Below, piece after piece: positions 30,289 through 39,900 of a DNA stretch of 56,595 nt (positions are counted from its first letter, which is position 1; each line of letters begins with the position of its first letter). The stretch is taken from positions 1 through 56,595 of the forward strand of contig CANPFW010000003.1 of assembly GCA_947573405.1 (NCBI GenBank), read 5' to 3'. A program made the translations under genes and the position numbers. The notes under the pieces are model-generated. The model worked only from the letters and a program-made list of their open reading frames with translations, searched no databases and was not told where the DNA came from. This DNA is from an uncultured Clostridia bacterium. GTDB lineage: Bacteria > Bacillota > Clostridia > Oscillospirales > CAG-272.

Positions 30289-30978
30289 ATGCAAACTATG
30301 GCGGAGATCAAAGTCAATCCCACCAGAATGGAGCTGAAGAAGCTGAAGGGCAGACTTGCCACGGCACGCCGCGGGCACAAGCTTCTGAAAGATAAGCGGG
30401 ATGAACTGATGCGGCAGTTTCTGGATGTGGTGCGGGAAGCGAAGACACTGCGGGAAGAACTGTGTGTGCAGCTTGGCAGTGTGTATACCAGCTTTGAATC
30501 TGCAGCGGCGCTGATGGATCCCCGGATGATGACGGAAGCACTGATGCTGCCGGGTGTGCAGGGCGAACTGACGGTGGGTCAGAAAAACATAATGAGCGTG
30601 AACGTACCCGTGTTTCAGTATGAGGCTGCGCGTGCTTCCAATACTGGCGGGGCGGGCTATGGCTATGCATTCACATCAGGAGAATTGGACGGAGCAGTGG
30701 AGCAGATTTGTGCTGCGTCTGCACAATTGGTACGCTTGGCACAGCTTGAAAAAACGGCAACACTACTGTGTGATGAAATTGAAAAAACGCGCCGCAGAGT
30801 GAACGCGTTGGAGTATATCATGATTCCCCAATATGAAGCGGGTGTTAAAACGATTTCCATGAAGCTGGACGAGAACGAAAGAGGCGCTCAGACCAGACTG
30901 ATGAAGGTGAAGGATATGATGATCCGTGCCCAGCTTGCGCAAAAGCGTGTGGTCAGAGATGAAGACGAGGAAGAGTAA
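30289..30978 (+). CDS. ntpD: V-type ATPase subunit D
   Basis: VNPTRMELKKLKGRLATARRGHKLLKDKRDEL. An alternative start is ATG 30298. Confidence 0.9.
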   Translation: MQTMAEIKVNPTRMELKKLKGRLATARRGHKLLKDKRDELMRQFLDVVREAKTLREELCVQLGSVYTSFESAAALMDPRMMTEALMLPGVQGELTVGQKNIMSVNVPVFQYEAARASNTGGAGYGYAFTSGELDGAVEQICAASAQLVRLAQLEKTATLLCDEIEKTRRRVNALEYIMIPQYEAGVKTISMKLDENERGAQTRLMKVKDMMIRAQLAQKRVVRDEDEEE

Positions 30979-31000
30979 CCGATAATTGCGGTTTTTTACA

Positions 31001-31086
31001 GCAAGCCTCCCTTTACACAAGGGAGGCTTGCGTGAATTTGGAGTGCTGTACTGCGTCCTCTCTCTTTGTTGGGGGAGGCTTTTTTG
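31001..31086. repeat. Repeat-family palindrome unit(s) acting as a bidirectional terminator between convergent genes
   Basis: gcaagcctccctt-tacac-aagggaggcttgc (13-bp stem) at 31001-31031. Second unit cctctctctttgttgggggaggc followed by ttttttt. Confidence 0.7.
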
Positions 31087-31099
31087 TATCACATCTTTC

Positions 31100-31702
31100 T
31101 CAGCCATGCGCCAGCGGATTGTGCATATGCTCCGGCTGCAGCAGCTTTCGCCGTTCTTCCCAGTCAGGAAGAAATTGTTCGATTACGTCATAAAACCGTT
31201 TGGAGTGATTGGGTTCTACTAAATGTGCAAGCTCATGTACCACTACGTAATCAATAGCTGTATCCGGATATAAAAGCAGATATAGGGAATAGCAAATATT
31301 GCCCTTGATACTGCAGGAGCCAAGACGCTTTTTGGCACTGGTAATGGTGACTTTTTCATAAGTCAGTCCCATTATTGCAGCAAAATATGCTGTTTTTCTG
31401 GTAAGACGTACCTTTGCAAGTTGGCGAAGCTGTTCCATTTGCTCTTTATCTAAACGGTCATACCAAACCTGCCGATTCTGTGCCTTTTTTAAGCCTTTTT
31501 CAATCCAGCTTGTGTGTTCTTGCAGTACGGCTTCGATTTCTGCCAGCGGTGTGCGCTGGGGTGCGCGTACAATGATTTCCCCTGTGTCGCTGATCCGGAT
31601 GCCAATGGATTTGCGTTTTGCGCGGATCAGTGAATATTGGATATTTCCCAGCTCATACTCTGTATGGCTTTTTTCTTTTATGAAGGTTTCTGTCTGTTTC
31701 AT
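31100..31702 (-). CDS. YgjP-like (DUF45) zinc metallopeptidase-fold protein
   Basis: HELAHLVEPNHSKRF (HExxH). GGAG RBS before ATG 31702; the ORF track extends to 31771. Confidence 0.75.
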   Translation of the reverse strand: MKQTETFIKEKSHTEYELGNIQYSLIRAKRKSIGIRISDTGEIIVRAPQRTPLAEIEAVLQEHTSWIEKGLKKAQNRQVWYDRLDKEQMEQLRQLAKVRLTRKTAYFAAIMGLTYEKVTITSAKKRLGSCSIKGNICYSLYLLLYPDTAIDYVVVHELAHLVEPNHSKRFYDVIEQFLPDWEERRKLLQPEHMHNPLAHG

Positions 31703-31842
31703 TGTATGATCTCCGTTCACTTCCATACTTTGTTCGTATCTCTTTGCCGGACTACCCTTATAATAGCACACTTTATAATCATATACAACAGAATGAATTT
31801 ATTTAGCATGTATAACACAGTAAATTTAAGGGGCAGGGGTCA

Positions 31843-31871
31843 TTGACTTATAAAATGGGAATGATTATAAT
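31843..31871 (+). promoter_or_regulatory. Sigma-70-type promoter of the ABC exporter pair
   Basis: TTGACT, 17 nt spacer, TATAAT. Confidence 0.5.
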
Positions 31872-31904
31872 AAAAGGGAATTTGCATATATAACAGGGCG
31901 GATT

Positions 31905-33632
31905 ATGAAGAAACTACTGAAATACTTAAAAGGATATGAAAAAGAAACGGTGCTTGGCCCGCTTTTCAAGCTGGTGGAAGCTGTGTTTGAACTGGCGGTG
32001 CCCATTGTGGTTGCAGGGATTATTGACGGCGGAATCCGTCAGGGAGACTGGAACGCAGTGCTCCTGCGCTGTCTTTTGCTGGTTGGACTGGCTGTGGCAG
32101 GACTTATTTTTTCTGTAACAGCTCAGTATTTTTCTGCTGTGGCGGCTGTCGGCTTTGCGACGAAACTGCGTCATGCACTTTTTGCGCGGGTACAGCAGTT
32201 TTCCTATTCACAATTGGATACCCTGGGAACCTCTGCGTTGATCACCCGGATGACCAGCGATATCAATACAGTGCAGAACGGGGTCAATATGATGCTGCGC
32301 CTATTTTTGCGTTCCCCGTTTATTGTGTTTGGCGCGGCTGTTATGGCGTTTGTTGTGGATCCCCATTCAGCCGTGACGTTTGTTATTGTGATACCGGCAT
32401 TGTCAATCGTTGTGTTTGCTATTATTCTTGTAAGTATACCCTTGTATGATAAAGTGCAGCGCAGATTGGAAGGCGTGCTTGGTGCAACAAGAGAAAATCT
32501 CAGCGGCGCCCGGGTCATCCGCGCTTTTTGTGCAGAAGATCGGGAAGAAAAGGCTTTTGTTGAAAAGAACAAAGCGCTTTTGTTTATGCAGAAAGCAGTT
32601 GGCAAAATTTCTGCCTTGATGAATCCTCTGACCTATGTGGTTATCAATTTGGGAATTATTGCCCTTCTTTGGGTCGGCGCAGGGCAGGTCGATGCGGGTA
32701 TCATTACTACCGGTGCGGTGATTGCATTGTATAACTATATGTCCCAGATTCTTGTGGAGCTTGTGAAAATGGCAAACATGATTGTGATGATCACCAAGTC
32801 TTTCGCAAGCGCTGCGCGAATAGAAGAAACCCTTGCAGTGGAACCGGAAGCCCCGGCAGGCTCTGGCGAAATTTGCGCCGCATTGGGTAAACCCGGGGTA
32901 TGTTTCACGAATGTATCTCTCCGCTATGCAGGTGCGGGCGAGGACAGTCTTGCGGACATTTCCTTTACTGCACAGGATGGAGAAATGATTGGCGTGATCG
33001 GCGGAACAGGCAGCGGAAAAACAAGCCTTATGAACCTGATTCCCGGCTTTTATCTGCCCCGGGAAGGGCAGGTGCTGGTGGATGGTATAGGCACGGATCA
33101 ATGGGATCCGGCGCAGCTGCGCCAACGTATTGGTGTTGTGCCTCAAAAAGCAGTTTTGTTTTCCGGTACTATTCGGGATAATATGCTGTGGGGAAATCCC
33201 AATGCGGATGATGCAGCAATATGGAAAGCTTTAGAAACTGCGCAGGCTGCTCAGGTAGTGCGGGATAAAGGCGGTTTGGATGCTGTCGTGGAGCAGGGAG
33301 GACGCAATTTCTCCGGCGGGCAGCGGCAGCGGCTGACAATTGCCCGTGCGCTGGTGCGCGCTCCACGGATTCTGATTCTGGATGATAGTGCTTCTGCATT
33401 GGATCATGCTACGGAAGCGGCGCTGCGGGGTGCAATCCGCACACTGTCGCCAAAGCCGCTTGTGTTTGTGGTTTCCCAGCGTGCATCTTCCGTGATGCAT
33501 GCAGATCAGATTCTCGTTTTAGAGGATGGCTCCATTGCAGGAAAAGGAACCCATCAGGAACTGCTTGCGGGCTGCCAGATTTATCGGGAAATTTATCAGT
33601 CCCAGTTTGGAAGCGGGGAGGTGACGGCATGA
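31905..33632 (+). CDS. ABC exporter, fused permease/ATPase subunit with degenerate catalytic site
   Basis: Six-TM N-terminal half. Walker A GGTGSGKTS, signature FSGGQRQR. Walker B ILILDDSASALD has Asp in place of the catalytic Glu. Confidence 0.9.
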   Translation: MKKLLKYLKGYEKETVLGPLFKLVEAVFELAVPIVVAGIIDGGIRQGDWNAVLLRCLLLVGLAVAGLIFSVTAQYFSAVAAVGFATKLRHALFARVQQFSYSQLDTLGTSALITRMTSDINTVQNGVNMMLRLFLRSPFIVFGAAVMAFVVDPHSAVTFVIVIPALSIVVFAIILVSIPLYDKVQRRLEGVLGATRENLSGARVIRAFCAEDREEKAFVEKNKALLFMQKAVGKISALMNPLTYVVINLGIIALLWVGAGQVDAGIITTGAVIALYNYMSQILVELVKMANMIVMITKSFASAARIEETLAVEPEAPAGSGEICAALGKPGVCFTNVSLRYAGAGEDSLADISFTAQDGEMIGVIGGTGSGKTSLMNLIPGFYLPREGQVLVDGIGTDQWDPAQLRQRIGVVPQKAVLFSGTIRDNMLWGNPNADDAAIWKALETAQAAQVVRDKGGLDAVVEQGGRNFSGGQRQRLTIARALVRAPRILILDDSASALDHATEAALRGAIRTLSPKPLVFVVSQRASSVMHADQILVLEDGSIAGKGTHQELLAGCQIYREIYQSQFGSGEVTA

Positions 33633-35345
33633 AACCCACAAAGAATAATGGAACGCTTTCCCGGGTGATTCAATATATTGGCAACTATAAATGGTTGTTT
33701 CTATGTACGATTCTTCTTGCCGCAGTTAGTGTGGCGCTGACGTTGTATTTGCCTGTGTTGTTCGGGGACGCAATTGACGCTGTTGCAGGTGCCGGCGCAG
33801 TAGATTTTGACGCTTTGTTTTCTATCCTGCTTTATGCAGGCGGTATTGTGGCAGTTACTGCATTGGTGCAGTGGCTGATGAATATTGTAAACAACCGGAT
33901 TACCTACAGTGTAGCTCAGGATATCCGCAATTCGGCGATTGCGAAAATACAAAGGCTTCCTTTTTCCTATTTGGACGCGCATCCGGAGGGAGATACGGTG
34001 AGCCGTGTAATCACCGATGTGGATCAGTTCTGCGACGGTTTGCTTATGGGATTCACCCAGCTATTTACAGGGGTGATTACTATTCTGGGAACAGTTTGCT
34101 TTATGATCAGTATTCACTGGCAGGTAGCGGCCGCTGTGATTTTACTCACACCTCTGTCCCTGTTTGTCGCACGATTTATTGCTACAAGAACCTACAGCAT
34201 GTTCCGGATCCAGTCAGAGGTGCGCGGGGAACAGACGGGATTTGTGGGCGAGATGATCGAGCATCAGAAAATCGTGAAAGCATATAACCGGGAAGGGGAA
34301 AACCAAAAGCGCTTTGACGAAATCAATGGGCAGCTGCAGGTGTGTTCTGTCCGGGCACTGTTTTTCTCTGCCTTGGTGAATCCTACAACCAGATTGATCA
34401 GCAATATTGTGTATGCTGTGGTGGTTTTTCTGGGTGCGTTATCCGCGATTTCCGGTGGAATGAGCATTGGTGCGCTGTCGTGCCTGCTTTCCTATGCTGT
34501 GCAGTATGCAAAACCCTTTAACGAAATTTCCGGTGTGGTCACGGAACTGCAGAACGCCCTTGCCTGTGCAGCCGGAGGAAGCACAGGCTTGCCTTTCAGA
34601 CGTTCACGGGGACGTAGCGCTGGAGCATGTGGATTTTTCTTATGATAAAAACAAAACGCTGATTGAGGATTTCAATTTGCAGGTGTCCGCCGGGCAGAGA
34701 ATCGCAATCGTAGGTCCTACCGGATGCGGAAAAACAACACTGATCAATTTGCTCATGCGCTTCTATGATACGGACGCGGGGCGTATATGCGTGGATGGAA
34801 CGGATATCCGGCAGATCCGGCGGCACAGCCTGCGGGAAAATTACGGTATGGTGCTGCAGGATACGTGGCTTTGCAGCGGCACTGTGCGGGAAAATATTGC
34901 ATTTGGTCGTCCGGACGCAGATGATGCGGATATTGTTGCCGCTGCAAAGGCGAGCCACGCGCACAGCTTTATCAAGCGTTTGCCACAGGGGTATGACACG
35001 GTAATCGGAGAGGGCAGCAGTCTGTCCCAGGGACAGCGGCAGCTGCTGTGTATTTCCCGCATTATGCTAAGTCTGCCCCCAATGCTGATTCTGGATGAAG
35101 CGACTAGCTCTATTGATACCCGTACAGAAATGAAAATTCAGGATGCATTTGCGAAAATGATGCAGGGGCGTACCTCCTTTATTGTAGCGCACCGGCTTTC
35201 GACCATTCGGGATGCGGATGTAATTTTGGTTATGCGGGACGGCAAAATCATCGAACAGGGCACCCATGAGGCGCTTCTCGAAAAGAGAGGATTCTATCAT
35301 CATTTGTACAACAGTCAATTTTCTCGCGGAGTCGGCGCATATTGA
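33629..35345 (+). pseudogene. ABC exporter partner subunit (consensus ATPase site), reading frame broken near 34566-34575
   Basis: ORF 33629-34645 gives the TMD up to KPFNEISGVVTELQNALACA. ORF 34467-35345 gives the NBD in another frame: PEEAQACLSDVHGDVALEHVDFSY, GPTGCGKTT, LSQGQRQL, LILDEATSSID. The usual short linker between these blocks is missing. Confidence 0.6.
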
Positions 35346-35400
35346 TCCTTCCTTTGACGCAAGATAAAGGAAAAGCGTTTGTCTTGTGTGGGGGATATGC

Positions 35401-35799
35401 ATGGTAATCATTGATTTTGTTGCGGCAGTATTGCTCGGTGCACTGTCCGGCATGGGGATCGGCGGAGGCGGACTGCTGGTGATTTACCTAACGCTCATTC
35501 GGAGTGTGGATCAAATCAGCGCTCAGGGACTCAACTTGTTTTTCTTTATTTTTGCTTCTGCTGCCGCATTGTTTGTTCATATGACAAAACGGAAGATCCC
35601 GTTGGGAATTCTTATATACTGCTCCGCTTTTGGCATGGCAGCGGCATATTTCGGCGCGGCCGCCGCCAACGCAGTCAATCCAGTTCTTGTGCGCAAATTG
35701 TTCGGCGGTATGCTTGTTGTTGCCGGCGGTATTGCGCTGGTACGGAACCTTGCGGCGGGGAAAAAAGCAAAACTGGATGAAAACGGAAAAAAATTCTAA
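35401..35799 (+). CDS. Half-size TauE/SafE (TSUP) family membrane protein
   Basis: LGALSGMGIGGGGLLVIYL and GGMLVVAGGIAL; about 4 TM in 132 aa. Confidence 0.5.
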   Translation: MVIIDFVAAVLLGALSGMGIGGGGLLVIYLTLIRSVDQISAQGLNLFFFIFASAAALFVHMTKRKIPLGILIYCSAFGMAAAYFGAAAANAVNPVLVRKLFGGMLVVAGGIALVRNLAAGKKAKLDENGKKF

Positions 35800-35805
35800 A
35801 ATAAC

Positions 35806-35834
35806 TTTACAAAGCATGGAAAATGTGGTATACT
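35806..35834 (+). promoter_or_regulatory. Sigma-70-type promoter of rpsO, followed by a ~105-nt leader
   Basis: TTTACA, 17 nt spacer, TGgTATACT. Confidence 0.5.
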
Positions 35835-35946
35835 GCATTTTAGCAATGTCGGTTTCCCGGACAGCGGATGCACATCCTTAGAGAGGATCTTTCACCTGCC
35901 GCCGCCTGAGGAATGCGACTGCAAATATTATATGAGGTGAAGAAAA

Positions 35947-36213
35947 ATGATCACTAAAGAAGAAAAGAACAAAATTATCGAAGAGTACAAGATGCATGAG
36001 GGCGACACCGGATCCCCTGAAGTGCAGATTGCAATTCTGACCCACAGAATCAAAACCCTTACCGAGCATTTGAAGGTAAACAAGAAGGATTTCCACTCTC
36101 GCAGAGGTATGCTGAAGATGGTTGGTCATCGCCGCAACCTGTTGGGATATTTGCAAAAGAAAGATATCAACCGCTACCGTGCGATTGTTGAAAAGCTCGG
36201 TCTGAGAAAGTAA
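35947..36213 (+). CDS. rpsO: 30S ribosomal protein S15
   Basis: [45 protein letters not shown]; 88 aa. Confidence 0.97.
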   Translation: MITKEEKNKIIEEYKMHEGDTGSPEVQIAILTHRIKTLTEHLKVNKKDFHSRRGMLKMVGHRRNLLGYLQKKDINRYRAIVEKLGLRK

Positions 36214-36247
36214 GATTTCAGACTGCGGCTTTCGGTATGATGTGTCC

Positions 36248-36325
36248 AGGCTGCGGCGGGTTGCCGCAGCCTTCACAAAAGCCCCGCAGATGCAAAGCAT
36301 TTGTGGGGCATATTACAATTTTTAT
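36248..36325 (+). promoter_or_regulatory. rpsO terminator / pnp leader hairpins
   Basis: aggctgcggc-gggtt-gccgcagcct (10 bp) and gccccgca...tgtggggc followed by a U-rich tract. Confidence 0.4.
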
Positions 36326-36438
36326 AGTGTTTCTTCGATCGGATTAGCAGTTAAATATGCGCCGCGTTTCCGCGACCTGTATTTAAGTGCTAAACCCTCC
36401 GGAGAAGCAAGTGTAAAGAAAAGCATGGAGGATAAAAT

Positions 36439-38544
36439 ATGTTTGAGAAGTACAAAACGTTTGAATTTGAACTGGCCGGCAGACCGCTTGTAGTAGAAAC
36501 CGGCAAAGTGGCAGGACTTGCAAACGGCTCCTGCATCGTTCGTTACGGCGAAACTGCAGTGCTTGCATGTGCAACTGCGTCTGCGCGTCCCCGGGAGGGA
36601 ATTGATTTCCTGCCCCTGTCTGTTGACTTTGAAGAAAGAATGTATTCCGTGGGTAAAATCCCCGGCGGATTTTTGAAGCGGGAAGGCAGACCCGGTGAAA
36701 AAGCAATTCTTACCTCCCGTGTGATTGACCGTTCTATCCGTCCCCTGTTTCCGAAGGATTTGCGCAATGATGTAAACGTGAACCTTACCGTTCTTGCTGT
36801 AGACCACGATGCTGCGCCGGAAATTGCCGCTATGATCGGCGCGTCCATTGCCCTTTCTATTTCCGATATTCCTTGGAACGGTCCGATCGGTGCAGTGTTT
36901 GTAGGTATGACGCCCGATGGCAAGCTGATGATCAATCCGACCCAGAAGCAAAACGAAACCAGCATTCTGGATCTGACCGTGTCTGCATCTCAGGAAAAAG
37001 TTGTTATGATTGAGGCAGGCGCAAAGGAAGTATCCGATGACGATATGTTCAATGCGATTATGCTGGGTCATGCGGTAATCAAGCAGCTGCTTGTATTTAT
37101 TCGCAACATTGTTTCCGAAGTTGGCAAGGAGAAATTCTCCTATCCGTCCGGCGAGCTGGATCACGATATGTTTGACGAAATCTTCGCTTATGTGGAAGAG
37201 GACGTAATGCAGGCGCTGGATACAGATGATAAAAACGTTCGCGATGAGCGTATGGAACCTGTGCAGGATAAAATCATGGAAGCATTTCTGGAAAAATATC
37301 CGGATCTGCCGGTGATCTATCCGGAACTGATTTATAAAATCCAGAAAAAGATTGTCCGTCGCTGGCTGCTGGTAGATAAAAAGCGTGTGGACGGCAGACG
37401 TATGGATGAAATCCGTCCTTTGAATGCAGAGGTAGGGTTATTCAAGCGGGTGCACGGCTCCGGTCTGTTCACAAGAGGACAGACCCAGGTTATGACCATT
37501 GCCACCCTTGGACCCATCAGCGATGCGCAGGTGCTGGACGGCATTTGGTCGGAGGATTCCAAGCGGTATATGCATCACTACAACTTCCCGGGTTATTCCG
37601 TGGGAGAAGCGAAGTCCTCCAGAAGCCCCGGACGTCGGGAAATCGGTCACGGTGCATTGGCAGAGCGTTCTCTGGTGCCGGTGCTTCCTTCCGTTGAAGA
37701 ATTCCCCTATGCGATCCGTCTGGTTTCTGAGGTTGTGTCTTCCAACGGCTCTACTTCCCAGGGATCTGTATGCGGTTCCACACTGGCACTTATGGATGCC
37801 GGCGTACCGATTACTGCACCGGTTGCAGGTATTTCCTGCGGTTTGATTACAGCAGAAGACAGCGATGACTTTATGACCATGATTGATATTCAGGGTCTGG
37901 AAGACTTCTACGGCGATATGGACTTTAAGGTTGCCGGTACGCACAAGGGTATCACTTCTATTCAGATGGATATTAAGGTAGATGGTTTGACACCTGAAAT
38001 CATTCGGGAAGCTTTTGAAGTTACCCATAAGGGACGCGATTATATTATTGATGAAATTCTTTTGAAGGCGATTCCTGAACCCAGAAAGCAGGTTTCTGAG
38101 TTTGCACCGAAGATGCTTTCTATGAAGATTTCTGTAGATAAGATCCGTGAAGTAATCGGAACCGGCGGCAAGGTAATTCAGAAGATCGTAGCGGATACAG
38201 GCGCAAAGATCGACATTGAGGACGATGGCAGCATCTTTATTTCTGCTATTGATCAGTCCAGCATTGACGCTGCGAAAAAGACCATTGACGGTATTGTGTT
38301 TGAGCCGGAAGCAGGTGCGATTTACGAGGGTGTTGTTACAAGAATTATTCCGATCGGTGCATTCGTAGAATTTGCACCTGGAAAAGAGGGACTTGTACAC
38401 ATCTCCAAGCTTGATAACAAGCGCACAGAGAAAGTGGAAGACGTCTGTAATGTAGGCGATACAATGCGTGTTAAATTCCTTGGTGTGGATGAACGGGGCA
38501 GACTGAATCTGTCCAGAAAAGACGCGCTTGATACAGAAGAATAA
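36439..38544 (+). CDS. pnp: Polynucleotide phosphorylase
   Basis: Two RNase PH-like halves, a KH domain (IREVIGTGGKVIQKI) and an S1 domain (GAIYEGVVTRIIPIGAFVEF); 701 aa. Confidence 0.97.
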   Translation: MFEKYKTFEFELAGRPLVVETGKVAGLANGSCIVRYGETAVLACATASARPREGIDFLPLSVDFEERMYSVGKIPGGFLKREGRPGEKAILTSRVIDRSIRPLFPKDLRNDVNVNLTVLAVDHDAAPEIAAMIGASIALSISDIPWNGPIGAVFVGMTPDGKLMINPTQKQNETSILDLTVSASQEKVVMIEAGAKEVSDDDMFNAIMLGHAVIKQLLVFIRNIVSEVGKEKFSYPSGELDHDMFDEIFAYVEEDVMQALDTDDKNVRDERMEPVQDKIMEAFLEKYPDLPVIYPELIYKIQKKIVRRWLLVDKKRVDGRRMDEIRPLNAEVGLFKRVHGSGLFTRGQTQVMTIATLGPISDAQVLDGIWSEDSKRYMHHYNFPGYSVGEAKSSRSPGRREIGHGALAERSLVPVLPSVEEFPYAIRLVSEVVSSNGSTSQGSVCGSTLALMDAGVPITAPVAGISCGLITAEDSDDFMTMIDIQGLEDFYGDMDFKVAGTHKGITSIQMDIKVDGLTPEIIREAFEVTHKGRDYIIDEILLKAIPEPRKQVSEFAPKMLSMKISVDKIREVIGTGGKVIQKIVADTGAKIDIEDDGSIFISAIDQSSIDAAKKTIDGIVFEPEAGAIYEGVVTRIIPIGAFVEFAPGKEGLVHISKLDNKRTEKVEDVCNVGDTMRVKFLGVDERGRLNLSRKDALDTEE

Positions 38545-38556
38545 ACCATTAAACCA

Positions 38557-38585
38557 GTGTCCCTCTGCCTAAAGCAGAGGGACAC
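38557..38585 (+). terminator. Hairpin after pnp (no clear U tract)
   Basis: gtgtccctctgc-ctaaa-gcagagggacac. Confidence 0.35.
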
Positions 38586-38610
38586 AGTGATTATAGGGCA
38601 GGTATAGAGG

Positions 38611-39762
38611 ATGAATAATCAAGGAAATAACTGGAATGATAACCGAAGCGGGGGCGGCTTTTATCCGGAGCAGGAAATCAAACGAACCTACACGCCGGAG
38701 GAAGCGGGGCACGAACGGCAGAGAAAGCCGGTGAGTCGGTTCCGGCACAGACGGCACAGACCTCCCAATCCCGGTGTTGTACTGATTTTGCTTGTTTTTG
38801 CGGTTGTTTTCGGCGTTTGCATATATATGCTTGCCAGCGGGCGCAGCCGCCCAGTGTCGGAAGAGGATTTTCTCCAGTCTGCGGTGAGCACAAATGACAG
38901 TGAAGCATCTCCAATCGGCGGGAACAACAGGGAACAAACACTGACGCTGACGGAGGATCAGGTGCATACAGGGGATCTGATATTGGTAAATTATGCGTAT
39001 CCATATACATTTCCGGCAGATGCAGAAGCAGAAATTACGTCTGTTTCTACATTTAAAAACGATAAATACTATGTCCGGGATAATACCTCCAAGCTGCGCA
39101 GAAGCACCATCGAAAAATTCAATATTCTGACGGATGCATATTATGCTGCTACAGGGTTTTCCGGCATGCAGGTGAACAGCGGATACCGCAGCTATCAGGA
39201 ACAGGTGGATTTGTATGCCAGCTATGTTTCTACAAACGGTGAGGAGTATGCCAAAGCATATGTTGCAAATCCCGGATACAGCGAACATCATACTGGTCTT
39301 GCAATGGATTTGAATGTGTATGTCAAAGGCGAAGGCATATACTATGTGGAAAGCTATGATAAATGTGCATGGTATCGGGAGAATTGCGAGGACTATGGAT
39401 TTATTCTCCGATATCCATCGGAAAAAGTGTATATTACCGGCATAAACTATGAATCCTGGCATTACCGATATGTAGGCACGCCACATTCTCTGATTATGGA
39501 GGAACGGGATCTTTGTTTGGAAGAGTATATTGACTTCTTGAAATCTTATACTTGTGATGGAACGCGCCTTCTCTATAATACGGAAACAGGTACTTCTGCT
39601 CCGTTGGATGTAGGCGAATCCTATGAAAAAGGAATCCTGATTTATTATGTGCAGGCGCAGCCGGGTGAAACCAAATGCACAGTTCCTGCCGACTGTACGT
39701 ATACGGTTTCCGGAAACAATGTAGATGGCTTTATCATAACTGCGGAGAAAAAGGCGTCTTAA
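38611..39762 (+). CDS. VanY/M15B-type D-alanyl-D-alanine carboxypeptidase, membrane anchored
   Basis: TM segment VVLILLVFAVVFGVCIYML; SGYRSYQEQ, SEHHTGLAMDL, ESWHYRYVG. Confidence 0.8.
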   Translation: MNNQGNNWNDNRSGGGFYPEQEIKRTYTPEEAGHERQRKPVSRFRHRRHRPPNPGVVLILLVFAVVFGVCIYMLASGRSRPVSEEDFLQSAVSTNDSEASPIGGNNREQTLTLTEDQVHTGDLILVNYAYPYTFPADAEAEITSVSTFKNDKYYVRDNTSKLRRSTIEKFNILTDAYYAATGFSGMQVNSGYRSYQEQVDLYASYVSTNGEEYAKAYVANPGYSEHHTGLAMDLNVYVKGEGIYYVESYDKCAWYRENCEDYGFILRYPSEKVYITGINYESWHYRYVGTPHSLIMEERDLCLEEYIDFLKSYTCDGTRLLYNTETGTSAPLDVGESYEKGILIYYVQAQPGETKCTVPADCTYTVSGNNVDGFIITAEKKAS

Positions 39763-39900
39763 GTTGTTCATTTGCCTGATTTTCCGGTTGTTTTCAAGTA
39801 TTTTTCCTGTTGCCTTCAAAAAACCATCACATTTGGGAAATATAATATCAGCATCAAGAAAAATACAGATGGTATTTGCCGGAAAGGTATGGTAATAAAG

